A stretch of DNA of 63,450 bases, counting the filler, from Folioceros fuciformis (lineage: Eukaryota), in NCBI GenBank assembly GCA_049999805.1. It is 7 parts of 7 records of this genome, joined end to end, with 100 filler letters (N's around TTAATTAATTAA, not from the genome) between each part and the next. Parts side by side here need not be neighbours in the genome. Positions count along the whole stretch, not along the records: positions 1 to 7,342 come from JBNGIO010004011.1; positions 7,443 to 15,527 come from JBNGIO010004012.1; 5 more parts are not named here. The stretch is one strand, 5' to 3'. Under the pieces are notes generated by a model. That model was not told where the DNA came from, ran no database searches, and saw nothing but the letters and a program-made list of their open reading frames with translations. Made by a program: the position numbers and the translations under genes. This document shows positions 1 to 10,998 of the stretch, one piece after another. Within the stretch, counting starts at the first letter, position 1. Every line of letters begins with the position of its first letter.

Positions 1-74
1 GCTCTAGCTTCTGGTGTGCACTCTTGCTGCCTCTTGCAGCACCGCCTACGCCGATCTTGCACCGCCTGAACCGG

Positions 75-379
75 GCTCTGATACCATGTCAATAGGATCG
101 ACTCCAGTCTATGTGCAAGTGTAGGAGAGGAGAGGAGAGAAGAGAGGGTGGTATTGGTGATCACAACCATGAAAACAATACACATCACCACTGTCTTACT
201 ATGGAGGTCCGAGGTCTCCATTTAAGTAGTACATTTAGGGCTACACAACTTCCAGGTTCAATATGGGATAATCTACACTATCCTAAGTTCACTAATAACT
301 AGAACTAGTCTAGTATGAACCCAACTGGGATAACTAACACCACATGAGTTTAGCTCATATAGAACTCGATAACTCAACA
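75..379 (-). mobile_element. 5' LTR (87-379) and tRNA-Met primer binding site (75-86) of a probable Ty1/copia element that runs off the left edge
   Basis: gctctgatacca at 75-86 reads TGGTATCAGAGC on the minus strand. It directly abuts a ~293 bp segment bounded by TGT...ACA. Confidence 0.7.
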
Positions 380-1446
380 TATTGGAGATTGTTGAAGCCT
401 GTGAGGAGTTGTGGGAGATTGCTGAAGAATCGATGGAGATTTGGGAACATTGGTGAAGATTGAGACCCTTGGGGGCAGGCTTGTGAAAACAACTGTGAAC
501 CAAAGCTCTTGTGTGTGTTTTGTGTGTGAGGGGAGTATTGCATGAGTGAGTGGGGAGGTGTGGCTGATCCGCAAGGCTTCAAACTCCAAGGATCAGCCCT
601 TGCATGTGTGAGGAGCATCGAATAACCCAACCCTGTCAGTCCGGACTGTCCTAGGCAGAAACCCGTGGGTGGAAACCCGCGGTGGCGCCTGCGCCAAAAA
701 TAATTAGTTAGGGTTTGGGGTGGGACCCACCACGATAGTGGAAAGACGACGGAGGTAGCCAAAGCGGCTACGGGTAGTGGAAAGATGACGGAGGTAGCCG
801 AGGCAGCTACCGGTAGTGGAAAGACGACGGAGGTAGCCGAAGCGGCTACCGGTAGTGGAAAGANNNNNNNNNNNNNNNNNNNNNNNNNNNNNNNNNNNNN
901 NNNNNNNNNNNNNNNNNNNNNNNNNNNNNNNNNNNNNNNNNNNNNNNNNNNNNNNNNNNNNNNGGTAGTGGAAAGACGACGGAGGTAGCCGAAGTGGCTA
1001 CTGGTAGTGGAAAGACGACGGAGGTAGCCGAAGTGGCTACTGGTAGTGGAAAGACGACGGAGGTAGCCGAAGTGGCTACTGGTAGTGGAAAGACGACGGA
1101 GGTAGCCGAAGTGGCTACCGGTAGTTGAAAGACGACGGAGGTAGTGGAATTCACTATCGGTAGTTGAGACCCTACCTCGGTAGTTGAAGGGTTGGTAGTT
1201 GTAGAGACTCCCACCCCGGTAGCCGAGTAGGTCTTTAGGTAGTCCAGGGACGGAGGTAGTGGTAGTTGAACCAGTAGGTAGTGGAGCTGGGGTAGTTAAA
1301 GCCCGTCCTAGGTAGTAACTAACTTTTAGAAGAAACCTGAGTTATTTGACATAAATCATTCCCTTGGGATCGAATCCTAGTGCTATAACGACAAAGAGGG
1401 TTTGTGGGGACCTCGCAGCACCCCCGGGTGCAATATTTTCCCCACA
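380..1446 (+). mobile_element. LTR of a gypsy-type family ('family A'), 5' end uncertain
   Basis: Ends ...ttttccccaCA at 1446. Positions ~1340-1446 are the reverse complement, with mismatches, of ~37760-37865, and 720-760 match ~38050-38100. Confidence 0.65.
735..1145. repeat. 39-bp tandem repeat (ggtagtggaaagacgacggaggtagccgaagtggctact) spanning an N gap
   Basis: Units are directly visible on both sides of the gap. The ORF track shows the 13-aa periodicity SVVFPLPVATSAT. Confidence 0.95.
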
Positions 1447-1940
1447 TGTTGTTTCTCCACGAGGTCGTCAAAGGAGAGCAAGATTGACTGGGGAAAAATC
1501 ATCCTCGACCAACTAAATGAAGAGAAGCAAGACCATACCTCTCGTACCTCCCAGCCGTCTTTAATTTTGCCTTTCCTGGTTCACTTCTATTCCCATGCTA
1601 ACAGTTTGCCAGAGTTGGACATCGTGGCTTCCCTACATATGGGGAAGCCTGTTAGAGAAATCAAGTGGAAGCCAAAGGAGCCCAAGGAGGAGGTAGAGTC
1701 CACCAGCTGGGAATTCGGAGCGACAAGAAGCTGTGAAGAGGAAGTCCCCGCTAGAAGGAAACATAAAGCGGGAGCTGGCAGGAAAATGTGTGCGAAGAGG
1801 AAAAAGGTGGTCACGCGTGTCACCAGGTCTACAACGAACTTGGCATTGCAGGAGACTGTCAAGAAAACGGGGGCCAAGCAATCGACCACTTCCTCCGCAA
1901 AACCTGATGAGTCGACACCAACTGTGGAAGAAAAGCCTGT
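1447..1940 (+). other. Probable retrotransposon accessory-ORF fragment
   Basis: Open frame with IDWGKIILDQL...LILPFLVHFY followed by a K/E-rich tail. It has no start context and is flanked by an LTR. Confidence 0.3.
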
Positions 1941-2140
1941 TAAGGTGGCTGGGAAACTACATGTCCTTCATCAACTTCATGTTGTTGATGATGTAGTAAC
2001 TGTTATGGTTGCGAGTTGTTGTCTTGGTGAAGATGTTGTTGTTGTAGATGGTGGTCTTCACCCATATTTATCATGAAATCCTCTAAGTTACTAAAAGATA
2101 TATTGTCTCATTCATTCACATGGGGAACTTGCTGAACTCC

Positions 2141-5100
2141 TATGGAGTCCATATGGCGAACAGACCCCCTGGAAAATGGTAGAGTTTGTTTTTTTTTGGT
2201 TTCTGATTGAATTTCGTAGAGGATTGGTTAGAAGATTAGGTTAGATTCACGGTGAGTTAATAGGGTTTGGTGGGATGTGTGGTAGGTAGGCCACGGGTCT
2301 AGGTCCCCTTGGTGAGGGTGTTCAAATGTGTGTGTGGAGTCCTAGATCTGTGAGTAGGAGGCGAGCGGGGTTTCATGGAGCAGGCAGGTAGTGCACGAGG
2401 ATGGCTAGCCGGAACACGGCGGACTGATGAGCAGCATGACAGAACAGCAGCGCTGCTATGCCCGTATGGGTGGGGGGATCCGAGTTACGATCCTCTATAG
2501 CTGGCCATCTGGAAGGCAGCAGCCCTCAACTGTGGCTTCTACGTCAACTCAACTCGTGCCTGTCGGAGGCCGGAAGTCAGATTGTGGGCATGTGCAGGGA
2601 GACTGTGTCGCTTCCCCAACGAGAACCCGTGGTGAAGGGAGGGCAGAACTCTAGAGACGAGAGGACGTTGGAGCGATCCCAGGCAAAGACTGGGTTGGCA
2701 TCCCTGGATGAGAGGCCGCCAGTGTGGGGGCAGTTGGTGCTCCAGGTGTGCAGGGCTCCTGGCCTGTTGCCGGAGTTGAGCGGAGCGGGGCAGGCTCGCG
2801 GATCCGGGGAGGCCTGGCTGATCGGCTGGCCGGGCCGGTGGTAGCGAATCAGGGTCAAATCCAGGCTAGGCGTGGATCCGGGCTAGGAAGGCTGGCAGAC
2901 CAGCTGCAATGGGATCCAGCAGGACAGTCAGCTTGGCCGCCTGGCTGTTAGGCGGATCCGACCAGTCAGCCAGGCAGCACCGCCTAGCCGAGGGAAAGAT
3001 TGTTGGCGACGGGAAGGCCGGCCAGTCAGCATGCAGGAAGCAGCCCAGGGCCGGTGGTCAAGCAGCCAGGCCAAACCACTCCGCCGACCTGCTTCGACCT
3101 AGCCCGGCCGGATCCCGCCACCCGCCAGGCGGCTGTCTGGCGATCCAGCCAGACGCTCAACGCCGGGTGTCCAGGCTGCTGGGTGCCTGCCCGCCCTCAG
3201 CAACCGGGACGCTGCTAACCCGGCCCTCCTCCGGATCCAGCTAGGTCCTGTCCAGCCTGGCTTCCGCCACGGCTGGGCTGCCTGTCTGCTGCCAGCCGGA
3301 TCCGCTTGCCAGGCCGGGTTGGCCGGCCGGTCATGGCTGGAGGTGGCAGCTGAGAAGCCTGGACCAGCAGGCGGCCAGCCAAAGTGAGATCCAAGCCAGG
3401 CCCGGCTGCTGGGGATCAGGTAGGCTGGCTGGCGATGGCAGCTGCAGGTGCTTAGGCATCAGGCAGCCAGCGTGCCAGTTGATGGCAGGTGACCGTGTAG
3501 GTAGACAACCGGCAGTGGCTAGCGGGGCCGGTGGCTGGAGGATTCAACGGGCTAACGGGCCAGATTTGGAGGCCAGCAGCGGCCCAGCTGCTTGTGGCTG
3601 GTCGGGGTGGATCCGGGTAGCCAGGTCAACTGGTTGGACCCTGGCCAGTCAGCGACCTGGCTGAATCGGGGCATGGCAGGCCAAGAAGGCTGGCGGCTGG
3701 CGGCTGGTAGGCTGGGGGGTGGCCGACATGCGGGCAAGAGCATGGAAGGTAGGCAGGCCAAGGCGGATACAAGCAGCCGTGAGGGATCTGAGGCAGGCGG
3801 GCGGGTGCCGGGATCAAGGCCGGGGCAAATCAGGTGGACTAGATCCAAGCGGTTGGTTGGCTGCCAGGCAAGTAGGCAAGCGGCCTAGCCTAATCGCCAA
3901 GGTAGGCGAACCTAAGCAGGCAGGTGGCCTGGCCGGATTGCAAGGCAAGCGAGCTGGCCAGATCGTCATGGCAGGGCTGGATCCCCAAGTCAGGCAGCCG
4001 TCTGGCGGCTGGCTGGGGAGAGTCCGGGCCGGGGGGGAAGGAAGGATGGTTGGCAGGGGGTGCTCATGGATGGCCGACCCGAGTAGGTGGCTCGGCTGGC
4101 AACTTGGCGGGCTGGCAGGCTGGATCGAAACCGTTGCAGGGGATGCGCAACCTGGTAGCTGGCTGGATCACGGCCAGGCCAACCCAGTAGGGAGCATGGC
4201 GCTACCTCACGACACAAATAGGCTGACGAAACTCGGCAGGAGGTCGGCTAGCAGGCGGGTTGCCTGCAAAATCCAGGCAAGTAGGTGGAGCCAAGACGTG
4301 CAGAATTGTGCTTAACGGGATTGAGGCAAGCAGGAGGCAAGCTGGGGCGCTCGAGTCCTCCAAGCGGATCAGAGGTGGGCGCTAGCGTCCAAGCGCCCGA
4401 CGCTCCAAGCAAGCAGGTGCCAGGGTCAGTTTGGCGGGTGGTAGAGACTCCAAGTCTTGCCTGGATCGCATTCTGTAGGTTGGACCGTGGTGGTTGGTTG
4501 GCCGGATCTGGCCAAGCCCTAGCAAGCGGGGCGCAAGCGGGGCGCAAGCGGGGCGCAAGCGGGCCTCGGGCTGATCCAAGCGATGATGGCTGGCAGGTGA
4601 GTCTGTGGTGGATCAAGGAAGGTGGACTGACTAGATGAGTAAGGGCCAGGCACGAGATCCAAGCAGGTGGCCCTTTCTCAAGGGGCTAAGCCAAGCGGTG
4701 CAGTTGGGAGGAGGTTCGTGGCTCCAGAGAAAGAGGCATCAATGTTGCTGTGGGCCTTGGGAGCAGTCAACCTGGGTAGCACCGAATGCCTCGTGAACCA
4801 TGCATTGCTACTTCTGCAACTAGATTGGGACCAGAGCAACGCACCTCCCCTATGGGCAGCCAGAGGACATGACTAACATTTGGTTGTCCGTTGACGAGCA
4901 GCACGTCGGGCTGCTCGCAGGCGGAAGGTCTGAATACAGACATTCTACTCGCAGGTGGAGAGGCAGATGGTGGAAACAAGGCTGCTCCTCAAGGGCATCA
5001 GACGGGTAATTGGGCTGGGCCATGGGGCCTCCTTGGCCAGCAGGATAGGGAGTAGACAATAAGAGGAAGGTGGAGGCTTTGAAGGGTTGCAGGATGATTC

Positions 5101-6092
5101 GAGGGAAAGGGATGATCTGAGGGAGGAGAGGAGAGTGTTGAGGAGCACTCCGGATTTTTGCTAGTTGTGAGAGGCTGACAATTTGGACAGAGGGCAACCA
5201 GCGGTGTCCAAGGGGGTAACGGGCACTTAGGTGCAGGGGTAGGTTAGAGTTAGGCTCAGGTTAGGTTGCAATCAGAACTAGGTCTGACTATGTTTAAGTC
5301 TATTTAGTTTTAGGTCAGACTTGGCTTAGGTTTAGGTCAGAACTAGGTGTAGGTCAGAGCTAGGTGTGGCTTAGGTCAGAGAGAGACTGTTAGGTGGTTG
5401 ATTGAGGTTAACCCTAGTAGACAGAGATGAAGGGTTGGGTGAAGGTAGTATAAGAGGGCAGACCTGCCATTGAGGAGGGGGCAATCTTACAGTGTGATTT
5501 CCCTTGACCTTGTGTGCAGGCTACCGGATTAGAGTGGCTGGTCCGGTGTGAGACTAACCAAGGGGTTGATCCCCCTTGCCATTAGGGGGATGTGGTGGAT
5601 CCCTAGACAGCCGAGATCCGTGTGGCCGGATCCGCAATGGCTTGTCATTTTGCAGGCTAGCTGAGGTGAGGTGGTAGGGCCGTGAGCCAAGAAGGCTATC
5701 CAGCCCTAGACCTCATACCTTTGTCTTGAAGGCTGCTAGGCGAGAGGTTGTTGTGTCCTAAATTCCTGGAGTGAGTTGAAGTGAAGTGCTGAAGTGGTAG
5801 ATGAAATGTTGAAGTGGGAGTGAAGGACTGAAGTGAAGAAGAGAAGGGCTGAATGATTGAAGTGCTGGAGCATGGGATTGGTATATTGAGCTGAAGACAA
5901 GGCTAGAGATTCTGACCTTTTTGCTATAGCGTGGTCAGGACTAGGAACCGGCTGATAGCTAGGGTGAGATTAGGGAGTTCTAGGCGACCTTGACACTAGT
6001 TCACTCCCTTGGGAGCGAACCACAAGACTGCAGCGATAATAAGGGGAAGTGTGGCCCCTTGGTGGTTCTTGGGAGCAAGAAACCACTCCACA
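2141..6092 (+). mobile_element. Very long (3952 bp) GC-rich solo LTR, copy 1 ('family B')
   Basis: Termini are TATGGAGT (TGTGGAGT in copy 2) ... ACTCCACA. There is a 5-bp TSD actcc/acccc with one mismatch and a TATA-like gtataagag at ~5448. It is homologous to 41120-43965 and 58032-61160. Confidence 0.85.
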
Positions 6093-6149
6093 ACCCCATG
6101 AACTTGTTGTTGTTGAATTTCCAAAGTTGGTTGAATTCTATGAGCTGGT

Positions 6150-6580
6150 TTTACTTCAAGGCAATTTTGAGGTATATCATACGCCATACCTTGTCCTTGT
6201 ACCCATTGTTGAGTTCTCGGAGCTTGTTCTACTTGAGGGTAGTTTTGAGGTGTGTCGTACAACATGTGTTGTCCCCATTGTTGCGTTCTCAGAGCTTGTT
6301 CTACTTGAGGGTAGTTTTGAGGTGTGGCATACACCATATCTTGTCCCCATTATTGAATTCCTGCAGCTTTAAGTTTTTGTACTTGAGGGTAGTTTTGAGG
6401 TGTGTCATACACCATGTCTTGTCCCCATTGTTGAATTCCCGCAGCTTCAAGTTCTTGTACTTGAGGGTAGTTTTGAGGTGTGTCATACACCATGTCTTAT
6501 CCCCATTGTTGAATTCCCGCATCTTGTTCTACTTGAGGGTATCTTTGAGGTATGTCATATGCCTTGTCTTGTCCCCATCC
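6150..6580 (-). repeat. Six coding tandem repeats of 72/78 bp (24-26 aa, QQWGQxxxYDTPQNYPQVEQ) in the MADS C-terminus
   Basis: The ttttgagg-type anchor recurs at 6163, 6241, 6313, 6391, 6469 and 6541. All spacings are multiples of 3. Confidence 0.9.
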
Positions 6581-7342
6581 GCACATCAACTGTGTTAGAG
6601 ATCCAACACGGCTGGCATCCTCTATGTGCAGCTGGCCTAGCCTTGTAAACATCATCTCCATTTTCTCCTCTAACTCACGGATAGTGTTCTTTATCTCAAT
6701 CGGACTCCTTTGAGCTAGAAAAGCATACTTCCACTTGTATTTTGCTTCATTAATCCTTGTTTGGGTCTCACTCTTGGAGTCTTGCAACTAAAGGAAAATA
6801 GACAAACAACGTATCCCAAGTTAAAAAAGGAAAGAAAAAGGAAACACACACCAAAACATGGTTGAAGAACAAACAATATAAAGTAATAATGTTGTGATGC
6901 ATAACCATTATCCATTGTATGTGCAGTGCCAAATTGATTGCGATAACAGATATATATGGACAGTAAGAAAACATAACATAACATAAAATAAGCTTACTTG
7001 CTTAAGGTCTTGTTTCATTTTCTCTATGATGGATTGCATGAATGCCATATCGTCCAATTTCTTCTTCTTTTGTTGTTCGTTGTAAACCAATTTGTAATGG
7101 TGAAGAACATGCTCCACACTTGGGTGTCCTCAAAATGTATTGACATTATTTTTATTCTTTACAGTTTGGACACCGGTATCGTAACAAAGCATACATAACT
7201 CCAAGTTGCATAGTTTACTCAACTCAATCGCCTTTTTCAAGGAACCCTTGGTGCACTTTCCGTAGGTGATGTGGCGTTGTTGCTCATTGATGATTGGCTG
7301 GATAATGATCTTGGATCGAGTAGGTTTGGGTACGGCCTTCAA

Positions 7343-7442
7343 NNNNNNNNNNNNNNNNNNNNNNNNNNNNNNNNNNNNNNNNNNNNTTAATTAATTAANN
7401 NNNNNNNNNNNNNNNNNNNNNNNNNNNNNNNNNNNNNNNNNN
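7343..7442. other. Artificial scaffold linker N44-TTAATTAATTAA-N44 (also at 15528-15627, 39652-39751, 46597-46696, 56403-56502 and 61638-61737)
   Basis: An identical 100-nt construct with stops in all six frames occurs six times. Confidence 0.97.
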
Positions 7443-10400
7443 GTTTAATATAGCAATTGGTCTACACCAATCCAATCCAATATTTGTCAATATTCAGCTG
7501 TCCATCATCCGAGTGATCCTATCCCCAAATCGGGATGGATGCTCCTAGAGGAAGGGGGGTGAAAGACTGAGGCATGGCAGCCCTTGCCCTACGCTATCGT
7601 GTGACAGGTCCAATAGATCCAGCTGCTGTAGCCATGGTCAACCACCGAAGGTCTTGTCCTACCATGTAGAAGGCAAGGGGGAACTTGGCTGTGACGCTGA
7701 TGCTGCCACATCTACTGTACAGGCCTCATGCGGTAGCCCATAGTCCTCATCATCCTCTATTGGTGATGCCACCAATATGGCTGTCCCAACTAGCTTGGAA
7801 GTAGCTATGCTGCTAGAGATACTAGCTGAAAGTGCCCCCACCTGTGTGGCAAGAGCAGCCACGATTGCTTCCAATGAAGTGATCTTGTTTGCATTAGTAG
7901 CCACCTTGGCCTTGGCCTTCTCTCGCTGCTGTCTGCTGCATGAGACTCCTGAATTGCCTGTAGCCGAAGGGCTTGAATCAGTGGAAGTGGGAGCTGTCCC
8001 TGCAACATTTGTGGTGCCCGCTCTCTGTTGCCTCCGCTCTGGATGCTTCTAGAAGCATACAGTCACAAGATGTCCAAGCTTGTGGCAATGAGAACAAAGC
8101 AATCCTTCAGGAGGGCACTTGCAGGCCGGAGCCATGTGCTATGGACTGCCACAGCGATTGCACAAAGCCTCCAAGGTTGCTGCAGCTCCTGCTTTGGCTG
8201 GCTTGGCTTGAGTAGACTTGGATGCCCCAGCACCTACACTCCTAGCAGCTATGTTCTTACTAGAGAACATGCTTTGATAATGCGTGAAGGCCTTGGAATG
8301 CCTTGAGGCATATGCTAAGAATGCAATCTCCTTCTTCTCCGCCTCCTCATGCACCTGCTCCAAAGTATAACTGTCTCCATACTTATCCACAAGGGATGTG
8401 ACAAGCTGAAAGTGGAAAAGTGGATCACCTTCTAGCGCTGTGAGGAATTTTTGTGCTGCCTCCTGGTCTGTTAGCATTCCTGTACCCTCTCGCAATTTTT
8501 GTAGTCGACCGAAGGTCATCTGAATAGTTTCACCTTTCTTGCGCGCAAAACTTGCCAACTCCGCAATCTTCTCAGGTGTCTTGAGGGGAAAAGCCTTTTC
8601 CAAAATCCCCAAAAAGTCTTCCACTGGGTTGGCATGCTTGGGTGTGAGGATGTCAGCATCCACACCTGTAGTAGCTGCAGCCATTTCTGCTATTGTTAGG
8701 CTGACCATTGTTGGTGGTTGCAATGCTCCCAGCAGCAGTACCAGCCTGGTGAGCATTAATTGCATTAGCTAGCTTAGCATTGTAAGCTAGTTGCAAGGCA
8801 TTCTAGAACAAGGGGTTAGGTGTATCCACTGTTGCTGTGAGTTCAGCTTGGTGCACCTCATACAAGTCTAGGGCCTCATCTGCTAGATGCCCAGCCAATT
8901 GTTCAAACATGTAGAGGTGGCTGTACGCAACACCATGTTTAAACTTGACCTGACTGATCATGCCATCGACAAATAACCTGAAGTCCCGTAGGGGCTGTGT
9001 ACCTGGCCTCCCTGAAAATCTCTCATGCCTGTAAGGTGCTCCCCCCTCCATGTTGTTTGAGTCTTCAGAATACTCAGCACGTGACTGGTTGATGTATGGC
9101 TATCCTGGATGAGGAAATCTAAGGCCTGAGTGAACTGAAGGCTGCCCACCCCAAGTTGGCAAGTGGGGCTGCTCCAAGGGTGTATGGCCCAAGGACTACT
9201 CTAGCAAGAACTCTCCCTGTGTCTCCTCCTCAAGTAGCTGGCTCTGAAAGGGAGCCTGCTCTCCCTCCAAAGTTGAAGGCTCAGAGATGAGGAAACTTGT
9301 AAATGGGGACCAGCTGGTTGTTGGCCTTGCTGTTGAAGGTGGAGTGTCGGGGTCGAAGCTGGCTTCCACAAACTCCTGAGCTTGCTCCTGCCTCTTGGCT
9401 GCCCTCCTCCATTGTGTGTATGCACATCTACGTGGGGTGCTTTGTCTAGGGATGTCACAAGATCTCAGTCTGTAACGAGGACTGGTCCCATGCTCCTTAG
9501 GTTGCATTCCCCCATGAAAATGCACAACAAACAACAAGTCAGCTAGCTAGGCTGGAAGAGGAAAAGAAGGCAAGCCATTACTATTATCAGGCTTGCTGCT
9601 AAAGCTAGAAAACCAGACTAGCCCAGAACTGTGAAACGCCAAAGTCACAGCTGCAAAAAAGGACTTGTAGGGAGCTGGTCTAAAGCTAAGCTATATGTAA
9701 TGAAAGACCTGAAATGTCACTGCCCATAGGAGCCCTAGCCCGTATGCTACAACAAGAGGAGTGTTGGCTGCAAATAGCCAACATTCCCCAACTGAAACAC
9801 TAGGTGACCAATTCCTCCAAGGCATTCAATCCTTGGATTTCACTTTGAATTGAACAAAAATCATACCAATGGATTTTTTTTAGTGAGGCAAACAATCTGG
9901 TATGTGAATTGAAAGCAACTGACCTCTGTAACGGACGCTATGAACTCTGGAATGTTGGGAAAGCTTGCTGGAGTTGAACTGCTGCTACTGCTGCTAGCAC
10001 GATTAGGGCGTGTGGGTGATGCTGCCTTGCTGTAGTTGCATGGCCACCTCCACCCAACTCATTTGCTCCCACACCTTGCATGCTTGTCCCAAATTGAAAA
10101 AGTTGTTGAAGTGAAGAGATTGCAGCAAAGACTTGCAGCAATCTGGGTTTGAAAGGAGCTGCGTGACACACGCAGCTTGGTGAGTCAGTAAGTTACACCA
10201 TGAACTGCAACACTAGAATCAAAGGCACTGAAAACGTTCTTCATCCTAGCTCCCAATTCCAGAGAACACAAAAATAGGGTTTGAGCTGCCTTCCCCAAAT
10301 TACAGCGCTGCGCGGTGCAACTTCAACAACTACTGACTTCTGCCTTGGCTGCCCTTTTTGCCTAGCACCAGCCATCTTCACAATACAGCGTCCAGCTGAG

Positions 10401-10701
10401 TTGGCTTCACGCTCTTGCATCAGCGCTGCTCCTTCCATGATGCCTTGCTACTGTACCCTAAGTTTTGCTGTTTTCCCACGTTGGGCAGTAGGGTTACACC
10501 AACAACAAGTTGGGAAATACCCAACATGTGTTCCGACTCAACTTGCCTAGAAACATCTAGTTATTTCTAAGCTGATTTGCAAAATATCTAGCTAAGCTAG
10601 GTTCATTTATCCTAGCATTGGTTTACATAAGACATATATTTGCTATTCTATTCTAAACAACATTGGATGAGGGTTTCTTACGTAATCGGCGGTCACCTTC
10701 A
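7443..10701 (-). mobile_element. Ty3/gypsy element 5' part: LTR (10701-9927) and degenerate gag with CCHC knuckle (~9051-7660)
   Basis: The LTR runs TGAAGGTG...GTTACA, and its start resembles the LTR start at 48805. The gag-like ORFs include ERFSGRPG..., ELASFARKKGETIQMTFGRL and CNRCGSP*HMAPAC. Confidence 0.65.
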
Positions 10702-10998
10702 TGACAGCTGTCGTGCTAGGGCAATGTTGGGATGAGTCGAGTCCTGAGCTTGGCCAGCACCCACTTGAAGCTTGCGGTTTCGTCTTGCACATTCAGCATT
10801 TGTACCTGTATCCTAGTGTTGTTTCCCACTACTCTGCATGTCTCAGATTGCAGCACAATCTGCTGCAAGTGAGGGCAATCCATGTCCAGAAAATGGAANN
10901 NNNNNNNNNNNNNNNNNNNNNNNNNNNNNNNNNNNNNNNNNNNNNNNNNNNNNNNNNNNNNNNNNNNNNNNNNNNNNNNNNNNNNNNNNNNNNNNNNN

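Larger units (their letters stand above)
1940..7342 (-). pseudogene. Type I (M-alpha-like) MADS-box transcription factor pseudogene, split by a solo LTR and 5'-truncated by the scaffold end
   Basis: RSKIIIQPIINEQQRHITYGKCTKGSLKKAIELSKLCNLELCMLCY is a MADS domain, followed in frame by F*GHPSVEHVLHHY (cf. M-alpha FGHPSV). There is a GT-AG intron at 6997-6788 and a coiled-coil exon. The frame resumes in phase at 2135 once the LTR and one TSD copy are removed. Several in-frame stops are present. Confidence 0.8.

Noticed and set aside
735..1145. Regular repeats resembling a CRISPR array; the translation contains GSGKT (P-loop-like)
   Set aside because: Head-to-tail units with no unique spacers, no cas genes and a eukaryotic LTR context. 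GSGKT is a chance translation of the repeat.
2427..5197. Many overlapping Gly/Ala/Arg/Pro-rich ORFs on both strands (also at 41-43.7 kb and 59.8-61 kb)
   Set aside because: By-product of high GC in the family B LTR. Frames are not conserved between copies and no domains are recognisable.
7387..7398. Recurrent TTAATTAATTAA motif between N runs, six times
   Set aside because: Artificial six-frame-stop linker joining scaffolds. It is not biological, and adjacency across it means nothing.
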